IMG/VR virus record: IMGVR_UViG_3300037424_002697
Coordinates: 1-56,764 of that record
Length of the DNA: 56,764 nucleotides
Source: a virus
Lineage: Duplodnaviria > Caudoviricetes
Reading direction: 5' to 3' (one strand)
Under the pieces are notes generated by a model. It was not told the origin of the DNA and made no database searches. It was given only the letters and a program-made list of their open reading frames with translations. The stretch's first letter is position 1. Each line of letters begins with the position of its first letter. Shown one piece after another: positions 9,587 to 18,578 of the stretch. A program made the position numbers and the translations under genes.

Positions 9587-10747
9587 TTACCGCTCAGGTC
9601 CGCGTAAACGTTGTGAGCGCAGGCGGCTGACTTCATTGGCCAGCGCTTGGGAGCCGCTGGCGATGTCTGCGGTTGGAAAGCGGTCTGGGTCGACAAACAG
9701 CGGCGCGATCTCGTGAACCACGCGATCGTTCAACGGACTGTCTTGGACATTGTAGACTTGATGGGTGGGCCAGTGGGCCAGCACGTAAGGTTTGTCGTCT
9801 TTGTCGATGAAATAAAGCGGCCCTTGGTTTGAATAAGTGGTGGCGTACGAGAGTGCTTTGGTGCACCAGACGGGCAGTTCACCTGTTGCCGCGTTGCGTT
9901 TGCTGAAAGCCACCACTGTTTCTGGATAGATGGCTTTGCGCAGGGTCAGGTTACCGTGCTGGGCAATCGTTTTGCCGTCTTTGGTGAAGAACCACGGTTT
10001 GTCTTTGACTTTATCCATGAAGTCACCCCCTTCCTTCATCACGTCACGAAAGCTCGCGATGTCGTCAGTCTTCATGACCTCCAGCTTGCGCATGAGTTTT
10101 TCAGCTTCGAGGGCGTTGGCCCGTTCTTGGTCGTCCATTTCACCTTCTGGAATAGCGGCTCTGGCAATCAGGCTGTGCTGGTAGTTTAGGTAGTGAACGA
10201 GATTGGTCAGACGGCTAAAAAGTTCGCGGCGGCCAGTCTGGATCGGGTCAAAGTGGTAAAACTCTTTTTCTTCAGCGCCGGGCGCGGTCATCCAAGGCTG
10301 AAGTTCTTTTTTGACCGGTGGTTCGCCAAACATGCGCTTGGCTTTGGCTTTGGCGGGTTTGAATTTGGCAAACGATTGTTCGATGTCTTTTTGGACAACG
10401 GGTTCGTGCAGGGCGGTTGTGTACGTTTGCTTTTCCGGGTCATACTGTTCGCGCACCGGCAACGGATTGCCTTTCGGTATCTCAGGCTGTCGTCCGGCAA
10501 TCCAGCCGCCGCGTGGATCAGCGTAATACTTGCTGCCGCGCATGCCGCGAGGTTCGGCTTTGGCAACGTAAGGTTCTTTCAGGAGACGATCTATGTTGAT
10601 GAGAAAAAATCGAGGCACGCGCTGGAACCATTTCTGGGCGCGTGGGTCACTGATTCTGGCTGCGAGTTTGCTGATTATGCTATCAACGTCTTTGGCGTTG
10701 ACGATATTCAGCTCCAGCAGCAGATCGACGAGTGTGCTTGCGTTCAC
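9587..10747 (-). CDS. Paralog of the adjacent PcfJ-like protein with an extra N-terminal peptide; candidate internal head protein
   Basis: Shares N-terminal and ELxPW..FDxxQxxRREL blocks with 8701-9537; WCT..GPLYFI motif; GTAGTTA 4 nt upstream. Confidence 0.7.
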   Translation of the reverse strand: MNASTLVDLLLELNIVNAKDVDSIISKLAARISDPRAQKWFQRVPRFFLINIDRLLKEPYVAKAEPRGMRGSKYYADPRGGWIAGRQPEIPKGNPLPVREQYDPEKQTYTTALHEPVVQKDIEQSFAKFKPAKAKAKRMFGEPPVKKELQPWMTAPGAEEKEFYHFDPIQTGRRELFSRLTNLVHYLNYQHSLIARAAIPEGEMDDQERANALEAEKLMRKLEVMKTDDIASFRDVMKEGGDFMDKVKDKPWFFTKDGKTIAQHGNLTLRKAIYPETVVAFSKRNAATGELPVWCTKALSYATTYSNQGPLYFIDKDDKPYVLAHWPTHQVYNVQDSPLNDRVVHEIAPLFVDPDRFPTADIASGSQALANEVSRLRSQRLRGPER

Positions 10748-10763
10748 GGTTTAACTACTTGGT

Positions 10764-11225
10764 ATGATTGGGCGATCCATCTTTTATGAACGGCTGCTTG
10801 TCTGTAAAGCCTGTGAGTTCTGGCGCGGAGCGTGTCTGAAAGGCCATGTGCTCCAAGGGACGTTGGGCTGCCCGTTGAAAAAATTCGAGGGCGTGGCTGC
10901 CGCCGGTTACATGGATGACCTGCCAGTGCCGACGCCGGAGCTGCCTGCGGTGAGCGCCACGGGCTGCTGTGGTCAGGTGCCGGAGGGTGACATCAAGCCG
11001 ATGTCTTGGGGCGAAGTCTGGCGGCACTTGGTGACCGCGATGGAGGATTGGAAAAAGGCGGGGTATCCGGTTGTCACCGGGGAGGTTTACACTGAACGTA
11101 CCAGTACTTGCAAAGCCTGCGTTCAATATCAGTGGTTTCAGTGCAAAATGTGCAAATGCGTCATCTACACGAAGGCCAAGCTCGCCACGGAAGATTGTCC
11201 GATTGGCTTATGGCCAAAGGTGTAG
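10764..11225 (+). CDS. Cys-rich protein with two RxxxCxxC..C..CP units (DUF6171-like)
   Basis: RLLVCKAC..CPLKKF and RTSTCKAC..CKMCKC..K..CPIGLW. Confidence 0.7.
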   Translation: MIGRSIFYERLLVCKACEFWRGACLKGHVLQGTLGCPLKKFEGVAAAGYMDDLPVPTPELPAVSATGCCGQVPEGDIKPMSWGEVWRHLVTAMEDWKKAGYPVVTGEVYTERTSTCKACVQYQWFQCKMCKCVIYTKAKLATEDCPIGLWPKV

Positions 11226-11235
11226 TTAGAGGGTT

Positions 11236-11670
11236 ATGCCTAAAGCCTTTACCGCCCAGTTCAGTGATTTGTCTGGCCCCACCAACCCCACCGGCATTCT
11301 TTCACCTGCTTTTTTGGCGCTCAAACTGGCGCTCGACCGGGGTGACACGCCGGAGAATGTGCTTCAAACGCTTTACGATTGGTTGAGCCAGAAGAAAATT
11401 GAACCGACGCATGTAGACAAAATTCTGGAACTTGAACCGGCGGCGGCTTATGACGCGCTCATCGCGCTTGTCGGTGGCCAGATTAATCCAAGAAGCCTCC
11501 CTCTGATCGTTCAGCAGACACTACAGAAAACGATCCGTTTGATTGCACAACGCTATGTGCACGGGCGGGAGCAGGAGCTGGCGAAGGAGCAGGAGCGTGT
11601 TTCGGGGATGAAGATGCGTTATGGAGCAGAGTCCGCTCAGCAAGTTGTGCGTCGTTTGCTGGCGTCTTGA
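11236..11670 (+). CDS. Hypothetical protein, candidate head protein
   Basis: GTAGTTA 7 nt upstream; C-terminal ESAQQVVRRLL peptide. Confidence 0.7.
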   Translation: MPKAFTAQFSDLSGPTNPTGILSPAFLALKLALDRGDTPENVLQTLYDWLSQKKIEPTHVDKILELEPAAAYDALIALVGGQINPRSLPLIVQQTLQKTIRLIAQRYVHGREQELAKEQERVSGMKMRYGAESAQQVVRRLLAS

Positions 11671-12640
11671 TTCCGAGTTTGGCGATCCTGTTGTAAAGCG
11701 CCTGCCGTGAAATTCCCAAACGCGTGCTGGATTCAAGTTTGTTCCACCGGCATTCCAGCAGCACCTTGATGATTGTTCGCGCTTCCGTGCGCTCCAACTG
11801 GGTCAGGTCGCTTATCGGGATGTTGAGGCAGTCCTGAAGATCGGATTCGCCCGTCATTTCCTGCTGGATATTCAGGTCTTTCAGGTTGACGGACCCGCCG
11901 CACAGGAGAGCGCAGCGATTCATCTCGTTTTGAAGCTGGCGCACGTTTCCGGGCCAATCGTAATTCATCAGCGCCTTTTGCGTGTCGGCATCAAACATTG
12001 GCGGTTGGCGTTTAAACTGGGCGCTGTAAAAGCGAAGGTAGGCGCTGGCCATGGGCAAAATATCGTGCGGGCGGTCACGCAGGGGTGGCACGACGATGGT
12101 TACGGTGCCGATGCGGTAAAATAAGTCTTCACGCAAGCGATTCTGTTTTACGCATTCGCTTGGTAGATTGTTGATCGCCGCAATGATGCGCACGTTGACT
12201 GTTTCCTCTCCAATCGCGCCCACCCGGCGCACGCGTTTGTCCTGAAGGAAGCGTAACAGCTTGGCTTGAAGCGCCAGCGGCATTTCGGAAAGTTCGTCAA
12301 GAAACGCCGTGCTTTGGTCGGCGTGCTTGAACATGCCAACGCGGTCGATGCTGGTTGTAAACGATCCTTTGATGCTGCCGAACAATTCGCTCTCGATCAG
12401 CTCAGCCGGGAGGCCCGCGCAGTTGATGCAGACCATTTGCTTTGAATTTCGCTTGCTGTGCGCGTGGATGAGTTCAGCGACGATTTCCTTGCCGGTTCCG
12501 GTTTCGCCTGCGATCAATACCGGAACGTCGGCAGGTCCAATTTTCTTTGCCAAAGCCATGATGCTTTTCATGGCTGGACTCTCAAATATGCGTGGTGGTT
12601 CCAATTCTTTGATTAAAACATGCTGCGGGAGTTCAGGCAA
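11483..12640 (-). CDS. Sigma-54 enhancer-binding-type AAA+ regulator with Fis-type HTH and no receiver domain
   Basis: GETGTGKE, ESELFG, FLDE, QAKLLRFLQ, REDLFYR, WPGNVRQL, LGISRQALYNRI. Confidence 0.9.
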   Translation of the reverse strand: MPELPQHVLIKELEPPRIFESPAMKSIMALAKKIGPADVPVLIAGETGTGKEIVAELIHAHSKRNSKQMVCINCAGLPAELIESELFGSIKGSFTTSIDRVGMFKHADQSTAFLDELSEMPLALQAKLLRFLQDKRVRRVGAIGEETVNVRIIAAINNLPSECVKQNRLREDLFYRIGTVTIVVPPLRDRPHDILPMASAYLRFYSAQFKRQPPMFDADTQKALMNYDWPGNVRQLQNEMNRCALLCGGSVNLKDLNIQQEMTGESDLQDCLNIPISDLTQLERTEARTIIKVLLECRWNKLESSTRLGISRQALYNRIAKLGIKTPANDAQLAERTLLHNASSSPKHAPAPSPAPAPARAHSVVQSNGSFSVVSAERSEGGFLD

Positions 12641-12642
12641 GT

Positions 12643-13389
12643 TTACTCAAAACGCACAACCGCGATTGAGAAAAGCCGCATGGCAGTAAGGACTTTGTTC
12701 CAACCGAACTGCACCGCGTCAACTTCGCCGTGTACACCCGCGTTAGTCGGGTAATTTCCAAAGGTGCTTGCTCCAAAGTTGTTTAGCGCAATACCGTTTA
12801 TTGTTGGCCAAACTCCTGATGTTCCATCCGATGGATTTAGCATCATTTCGAGAAATTGGGCGTGGGTAAAATCGTTGGCGGAAATTGCATCACTTGGCGC
12901 GTTGAATACAGCTAACGCTACGATAATGTTCGTGCCGCTTTTTCTCAATTCCAGCAGCAGTGGCCAACGGCGTTTAACGGTGCCTGTGTTTGTGGGCAGA
13001 GCAGGTGTGCCTGCTCCGAGTGCCGCAGTGATTATTCCAGCAAGGATTTGTGCGCGGACAGCGCCGCCGCCTCGAAAATGAGGGTTTCCACCTGCGGCGG
13101 TATATGCCCATGTCGATCCGTTAAGATCGGCACCTGTAGAGTTCCATAATCCACCAAGCCAGAATGAGGGAGTAGCGTTTCCGGCGTGGTCACTTTTTGA
13201 GGATGATATTCCCATGCGCAGGCTGCCTGTAAGGATGTTATTAGTGCCGTCTGCTTCAAGTTGGATCATCGCGCCCACTCGAATTCGAATCCAAGTACTG
13301 CCGATTGCGATTTCACGGCCATATTCCTCGTTGTTGAGCGCAAGGTATTTGGCAGGACCGTCAGCAAATGTTTCTGAAGCAATGAGCAT
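12643..13389 (-). CDS. Putative tail-fibre-associated beta-rich protein
   Basis: Gly/Ala/Thr/Asn-rich; last structural-type gene of the fibre operon. Confidence 0.55.
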   Translation of the reverse strand: MLIASETFADGPAKYLALNNEEYGREIAIGSTWIRIRVGAMIQLEADGTNNILTGSLRMGISSSKSDHAGNATPSFWLGGLWNSTGADLNGSTWAYTAAGGNPHFRGGGAVRAQILAGIITAALGAGTPALPTNTGTVKRRWPLLLELRKSGTNIIVALAVFNAPSDAISANDFTHAQFLEMMLNPSDGTSGVWPTINGIALNNFGASTFGNYPTNAGVHGEVDAVQFGWNKVLTAMRLFSIAVVRFE

Positions 13390-13393
13390 AAGG

Positions 13394-14335
13394 TTACGCG
13401 TTAGTGGCTACGTCAGGGGCACCATTCCAGCCTGTTCCTTCATCAAGTTCATCTTCAGTAGGCACGCCGTCAGGGTAGCTTTCAAAAGTTTCTTCACTTA
13501 CTAATTTTACGTAGTTTTCCGCAATGTCCGAGGCTCCGCTGAAGTTAATGCCTTCGGTCATAGTTGATGGAACTGCGGTTCCAATAGGGTAATCTTCAAA
13601 ATTTTCCGTGGCTAGTAGGCCCCATTTTACATAGAGTTGATTCCACACATCTGCGCGTTCATCAGTCGTTAAGATGCGATTGAACACCATAACTTCACAG
13701 ATGTAGCCGTCAAACCAGTGCGGTTCTGGCCCAGACCGGCCTAGCCTGCGAGTTAAGCCAGCGGTGGTGAAGGTGTTGGATGCAGAATTGTGGATATTTA
13801 AGCCATTCCAATTGATAATGTAAACATTTGTCGTTGAGCGTATGTTGTAGATAAGAAAACTTTGCAATGAGGCAGATGGACTGCCCACATTTGGCCGGAT
13901 GTTTGAACAGAACTGTTCGTAAACATTGCCGTCAAGGTACGGATAGAGATTGATGTTATCACCGGTAAAGCGCCACGATCCCCAGTAAGGGTTTATGCCC
14001 GGATCGTTTGTGGCGCTTAGAAGCATGAATTTTTCGGCTGCTGTCTCGGTGCCTGAGAAAAATTCAGGCAGGTCGAAGAAGTGACCGGCGGTGCCGATAA
14101 AACGCACGGCAGGCAGGCTGTTTATGATGTTGGTGCGGTAGAGTGGACGTGTGGCTCCGCTCGCGGTCGCGTTGTTGCCTCCACCGGATGCATCAGGCCA
14201 TGTTGTGATCGGATCGTTGTCGTTTAGGCCGCTAAGGGTGTCGGCTTGATACCACAGCAACAGGCCATCCGGTGGCACCCACTGTTGTCCATGGCGTAGA
14301 AAAGCGATGTCGCGCAGGCTTAAAGTAAAGCTCAT
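13394..14335 (-). CDS. LamG/concanavalin A-like receptor-binding protein
   Basis: LLLWYQAD..ITTWPDASGGGNNA..P..INSLPAVRF..FDGYICEVMVFNRILT..WGL. Confidence 0.75.
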   Translation of the reverse strand: MSFTLSLRDIAFLRHGQQWVPPDGLLLWYQADTLSGLNDNDPITTWPDASGGGNNATASGATRPLYRTNIINSLPAVRFIGTAGHFFDLPEFFSGTETAAEKFMLLSATNDPGINPYWGSWRFTGDNINLYPYLDGNVYEQFCSNIRPNVGSPSASLQSFLIYNIRSTTNVYIINWNGLNIHNSASNTFTTAGLTRRLGRSGPEPHWFDGYICEVMVFNRILTTDERADVWNQLYVKWGLLATENFEDYPIGTAVPSTMTEGINFSGASDIAENYVKLVSEETFESYPDGVPTEDELDEGTGWNGAPDVATNA

Positions 14336-15345
14336 GCTTGCAGGGCGTAAGCGACCACAACGTCACTGGCTGTGTTGCCGAAGGAAGTAAAGCTGACCAC
14401 GGTTATTTTGTTGGCGATAAAACCTGTGGGTATTTCATTCAAAATGACAAAGTTGCTGTTGAAAGTCACCGGGACTTCAGCGGCGGTGCCGGAAACGAAG
14501 CACCGGTACGTGACGGCATGTGCAGGCAGGTAATTGGTGCCGTCAAACACTGTGGCTGCGGTCATGAATACGGTTTTGATCGCTTCGCTGTTGAAATCAA
14601 CCAGCACGGTACCCGCGTTGCTGGACGTTCCATGCGTGTAGAATACGTTGGGGGTTGTCAGCGTACCGGTCATGGTGTCTCCGGCTCGCAAGACGCACAG
14701 TGCGGCGGCAGTTGTTCCGGCTACGGCGATGTCAAAAGCGCTATCGGCAGTGCTCTGGGCGCTTGTGGCGGCATTACTGCCGATGACCGCGATGGAAAAA
14801 GCTGAGTTTGCGGTGCTCTGGGCGGTCGCCGCCGCGCTGAGCGCGGCAGTGCCCGTGTTGGTTCCGATCTGGGCAAGCAGATAAGCGGCCCAGCCGATGT
14901 TGGTGCCGCTTTGGGCCAGATGGTAAGCGTCTGTGCCAACGCTGAATCCGCTGGGGATATTGGTGCCGATGATCGCAATATTGTACGCAGCTTCGGCGTA
15001 GTTGTAGGCGGCTGAACCGATGAATGTGCCGGTCCATGCGGTTTGGAGTGCCAGATCGGCAGTGTAACGAGCGTAATAGTCGCTGCCCGCAGTAGCCACG
15101 CTGCCTGAAGCTTCCTCGACAATGACCAATGTTGACCAGTTTTCGTCTACAATTCCAGTTGGCGGAGCGTTGCTGTTAGCCACGAGACAGACGTACTGGT
15201 CGACGCCGATCTGGACTACTTCATTGGGATTGTAAAACGCCGAAGAAGACCACGGACCCCTGTCCACGAGTTCTGATCCCTGCACAAAATGCTGAATCAG
15301 GTTCGTGTCAACGTACAGATACGTGGTGGTTGTGACAACAGCCAT
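14332..15345 (-). CDS. Tail-fibre stalk protein with Ala-rich heptad/GTN repeats
   Basis: N-terminal CBM5/12-like GxW..Y..V..Y..N..P..W motif, AYxLAQxGTN repeats, GDTMTGTL fibre motif. Confidence 0.7.
   Translation of the reverse strand: MAVVTTTTYLYVDTNLIQHFVQGSELVDRGPWSSSAFYNPNEVVQIGVDQYVCLVANSNAPPTGIVDENWSTLVIVEEASGSVATAGSDYYARYTADLALQTAWTGTFIGSAAYNYAEAAYNIAIIGTNIPSGFSVGTDAYHLAQSGTNIGWAAYLLAQIGTNTGTAALSAAATAQSTANSAFSIAVIGSNAATSAQSTADSAFDIAVAGTTAAALCVLRAGDTMTGTLTTPNVFYTHGTSSNAGTVLVDFNSEAIKTVFMTAATVFDGTNYLPAHAVTYRCFVSGTAAEVPVTFNSNFVILNEIPTGFIANKITVVSFTSFGNTASDVVVAYALQA
14786..14859. repeat. 74-bp exact direct repeat, copy 1
   Basis: Identical to 17834-17907 by manual comparison. Confidence 0.9.
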
Positions 15346-15382
15346 TTGATTTAATTACGGGAGTTCGTGCGCTAAATTTTGT

Positions 15383-16792
15383 TTACGTTTTTCCACGTTC
15401 AACAGTAACATCAGCCGTTCGGGTCTGTGTCAGTCCTCCCACGCTTTCCGTCCAGTCAGCCCCAATGGCTTCGTTCATGGTTCCATCCTGCATTGGTAAT
15501 CGTACAATGTGATCTGCTGGATGAAGACTGCCAGCGGCCCCGATAGCGCTACCAGCCAGCGTGGTGATTTCACCCGCCGTTAGCTCACGATTCCAGATCG
15601 TCATGTCCGACATTGACCCCATAAAAGAAGTCATCCCCGCTACATTCCTACCAAACCACCAATCATTTCCGCTATTCCACATCGTTCCAACTGCGGCAGG
15701 CGTACCTTCAGACACTCCGTTAACATAAAGCTTCAATGTCCCTCCATTTGTACATGCCGCGATAACGTGATACCACTGATCCGGCACAATCGTAGTCGTT
15801 CCTGTCACATTCTTTCCCGCTCCATCGAACATGGTCACTGCAAACTGTTGCGTTGCTGCCGCTGTATACAAATAATGAGAATATGCACTATCAGGAGATC
15901 CATTTGACCTCAAAAAGATCGTAAAGTTTGCTTGAGCCGGAGCCGGAAGTCTTACCCATCCACCAGCCGACCACGCCGTGGGCTGTGCCAATGCTCCACC
16001 ACCTGTAAATCGATTGAAGGCCGCACCACCGAAGCCGCAAGCCCGAGTCCCAGTATAATCTGAATCGTTATACTTGGACATCATGGCAGTCGAAAACTCC
16101 AAAACCTCGTCATCGCTTAGTAGTCGATTCCACCCGATCAAAACCGCGATGTAACCCCGCAAAAAATAAGCGGCACCATCAGCTTGAGCGCCGATCGTCA
16201 AACCGATCATTGCTTGTACTCCGGGATCTGGTGCCCACCCGGAATCCGTTCCATTTAGACTGAGCTTGCTCGATGTTCCGTTGAACCTGACCACTCCAAC
16301 ACGCCACCGGTTTTTTGGAGCCGTTACCACACCGTATGCCCCGCCACCAGCAAACAAGAAAACAGAATCTGGTGCTGCAAACGGTTGAGTCAGCATCGCA
16401 TTTCGATTTGACAGGTTCCGGCTGTCAAAAATAAACCCCGATGCGTCTTCCGTAGTATCTTCACGGTATACCACCAGAAAACTGGACGGCTGGTTCCACG
16501 TCCCTTGTGTAAAAGTTGCCCGGTAAATCGAATCGTTTATGCCATCGAACCTCAACGCAGGAAGTCCCTTGATAACACTGATTTTGTAGACCGGTCCATT
16601 GACGGACTCAAGATCATTACCGTTACCAGACAAATCCACAAGACTCGTGATCGCGTCGTTGTTGACCTTCCCTGTGATCGCGTCCGCTTCAAACCAGAAA
16701 TCGGGATCAGATACGTCGATTACATTTGGAGCTGCGGCGCTCAGGCTCGTCAGTGATCCAAGGTAGGCTGTATTTTTTAAGCTGAAGTTCAT
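15383..16792 (-). CDS. Double LamG-like receptor-binding protein
   Basis: WFEAD..DLSGNGNDL..LPALRFDG..WNRLLS, then a second domain DQWYHV..LYVNG..IWNRELT. Confidence 0.8.
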   Translation of the reverse strand: MNFSLKNTAYLGSLTSLSAAAPNVIDVSDPDFWFEADAITGKVNNDAITSLVDLSGNGNDLESVNGPVYKISVIKGLPALRFDGINDSIYRATFTQGTWNQPSSFLVVYREDTTEDASGFIFDSRNLSNRNAMLTQPFAAPDSVFLFAGGGAYGVVTAPKNRWRVGVVRFNGTSSKLSLNGTDSGWAPDPGVQAMIGLTIGAQADGAAYFLRGYIAVLIGWNRLLSDDEVLEFSTAMMSKYNDSDYTGTRACGFGGAAFNRFTGGGALAQPTAWSAGGWVRLPAPAQANFTIFLRSNGSPDSAYSHYLYTAAATQQFAVTMFDGAGKNVTGTTTIVPDQWYHVIAACTNGGTLKLYVNGVSEGTPAAVGTMWNSGNDWWFGRNVAGMTSFMGSMSDMTIWNRELTAGEITTLAGSAIGAAGSLHPADHIVRLPMQDGTMNEAIGADWTESVGGLTQTRTADVTVERGKT

Positions 16793-18423
16793 GCCTCAAT
16801 GGATGGTGCACCGATCAGAGCGACTGGTGAACTGGAAAGACAAGTGAGTGCGATGATTACGTCTTTGTCGTAAATCTGCGGCGGCGGTGTAGTGCCAAAC
16901 CAAGTGGTGGCTGAAATTGAACCGGCCATGTAAAGCGGCCAAGCGGTGCCGGTGGACAACAGCATCACGGCAATTTCAGCTCCGGCTGTGTAATTGATTC
17001 CGTTAACAGCCAGCGCTCCGTTTACAGTTGTCTGTTGGTAATCTGAGCCGGTAAAGTCGAAGTAGATCGTGCCCGTGTAAGCTACTGAACCAACGGACGA
17101 AATTGTGCCCTGTTGTGCGAGTGAGTAAGCAGCCGTAGCAAGATCGAATGCTGCGGTTCCGGTATTAGTACCGATTTGGGCTAAAGCGTAAGCGGTTTGG
17201 GCTTGGGCGGTACCACTTTCGGCCAGCAAATAAGCCGTCTGGGCGCGGTCGTACGCTGCTGTGCCGGTGTTGGTGCCCACTTGGGCCAAGTAATAGGCGA
17301 AATCTGCAATGTTTTGGGCCGTGGTGGCGGCTGATAGCGCAGCCGTACCTGTGTTTGTTCCGATTTGAGCAAGTAAATAAGCCTCCTGTGCTTGATTCGT
17401 TCCGCTCACGGCAAGAGTGTAAGCGTCCAAGGCAATCGTGCCGGAGGCCGACCCGGAGGCGTAAGCAAGCAAGGCAAGGTTATAGGCAGCCGTGCCTGTG
17501 TTCGTTCCGATTTGAGCGAGTAAATAAGCCTCCTGTGCTTGATTCGTTCCGATTTGAGCGATGGAGTAAGCCGTACTTGCAAGGTTATACGCTGCCGTGC
17601 CTGTGTTCGTTCCGATTTGAGCGAGTGAGTAGGCGAAGTCGGCGGTGTTCCGGGCCGTGGCGTCAACCATGCCAGTTCCAGCAGTCGAGGCCAGCAGGTA
17701 AGCCTGCCACGCCAGATTGCTGCCGTCAGTGGCTACTGTATACGCTGCCGTGCCCGTGTTCGTTCCAATCTGAGCCAAGGCGTAGGATGCATCAGCCGTG
17801 TTCTGAGCCGTTATAGCGCTGTTGGTTCCAATTACCGCGATGGAAAAAGCTGAGTTTGCGGTGCTCTGGGCGGTCGCCGCCGCGCTGAGCGCGGCAGTGC
17901 CCGTGTTCGTTCCAATCTGAGCCAAAGCGTAGGCTGTATTGGCAACAGCTCCTGCCACGATCGCCACGGTGAATGCTCCATTGGCCGTAGCCTGCGCAGT
18001 GGCCGCATCGGTGGCCGCGCCGCCAGCAAGGGTATACGCTGCCGATCCTGTGTTCGTTCCAATTTGTGCGAGGTAGTAGGCGGCCCACGCGATATTGGTT
18101 CCGCTTTGGGCCAGTTCCCAAGCTGCTATTGTCAGCACGTCTGTCGGAGTGAGCGTGCCAGAGCCGCCTTGGTACTCGTAGAGCAGGGACATGATTGACC
18201 ACGACGTGGGCCGGACGCGGGTTGGTGTGCGTTGAGGATTGTCACCAACGTTGTCGCGGATGGCCATGTAGTAGGCTGCGCCATACCGCGCTGCCATGAG
18301 GGGTGCGGCGGTGTAAGTGCCGCCACTTGACCATGTGCCGGTAAACAGGAAGTCGCCTTGGCTGTCGACGTACTTTGTCAAGCCCGTGGCGTCCGCGAAA
18401 CTGTATACAGAAACGTTGCTCAC
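16789..18423 (-). CDS. Long tail-fibre stalk protein with Ala-rich heptad/GTN repeats
   Basis: About a dozen AYxLAQIGTNTGTA-type repeats; paralog of 14332-15345. Confidence 0.75.
   Translation of the reverse strand: MSNVSVYSFADATGLTKYVDSQGDFLFTGTWSSGGTYTAAPLMAARYGAAYYMAIRDNVGDNPQRTPTRVRPTSWSIMSLLYEYQGGSGTLTPTDVLTIAAWELAQSGTNIAWAAYYLAQIGTNTGSAAYTLAGGAATDAATAQATANGAFTVAIVAGAVANTAYALAQIGTNTGTAALSAAATAQSTANSAFSIAVIGTNSAITAQNTADASYALAQIGTNTGTAAYTVATDGSNLAWQAYLLASTAGTGMVDATARNTADFAYSLAQIGTNTGTAAYNLASTAYSIAQIGTNQAQEAYLLAQIGTNTGTAAYNLALLAYASGSASGTIALDAYTLAVSGTNQAQEAYLLAQIGTNTGTAALSAATTAQNIADFAYYLAQVGTNTGTAAYDRAQTAYLLAESGTAQAQTAYALAQIGTNTGTAAFDLATAAYSLAQQGTISSVGSVAYTGTIYFDFTGSDYQQTTVNGALAVNGINYTAGAEIAVMLLSTGTAWPLYMAGSISATTWFGTTPPPQIYDKDVIIALTCLSSSPVALIGAPSIEA
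17834..17907. repeat. 74-bp exact direct repeat, copy 2
   Basis: Identical to 14786-14859. Confidence 0.9.
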
Positions 18424-18578
18424 GATTTTTGAAAGATCAGGATTAGATCAGTACCCCAGACGAAGGTGCTCGCCAGTTTGAAACCTTCCAAAAGTTGACG
18501 GTCGCACGCGGCGATAATGGCGGCGTCGATGGTGTGTTCAGTGGCGAAATCGAGCCTGAAAACGCGAGTGTTGTTCAT
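18420..18578 (-). CDS. Small hypothetical protein (52 aa)
   Basis: MNNTRVFRLDF..LILIFQKS; 4-nt overlaps at both ends. Confidence 0.6.
   Translation of the reverse strand: MNNTRVFRLDFATEHTIDAAIIAACDRQLLEGFKLASTFVWGTDLILIFQKS

Noticed and set aside
17150-18120. CRISPR array or DGR template/variable repeats
   Set aside because: The repeats are in-frame coding repeats with mostly synonymous variation; no unique spacers, adenine-specific pattern or reverse transcriptase.
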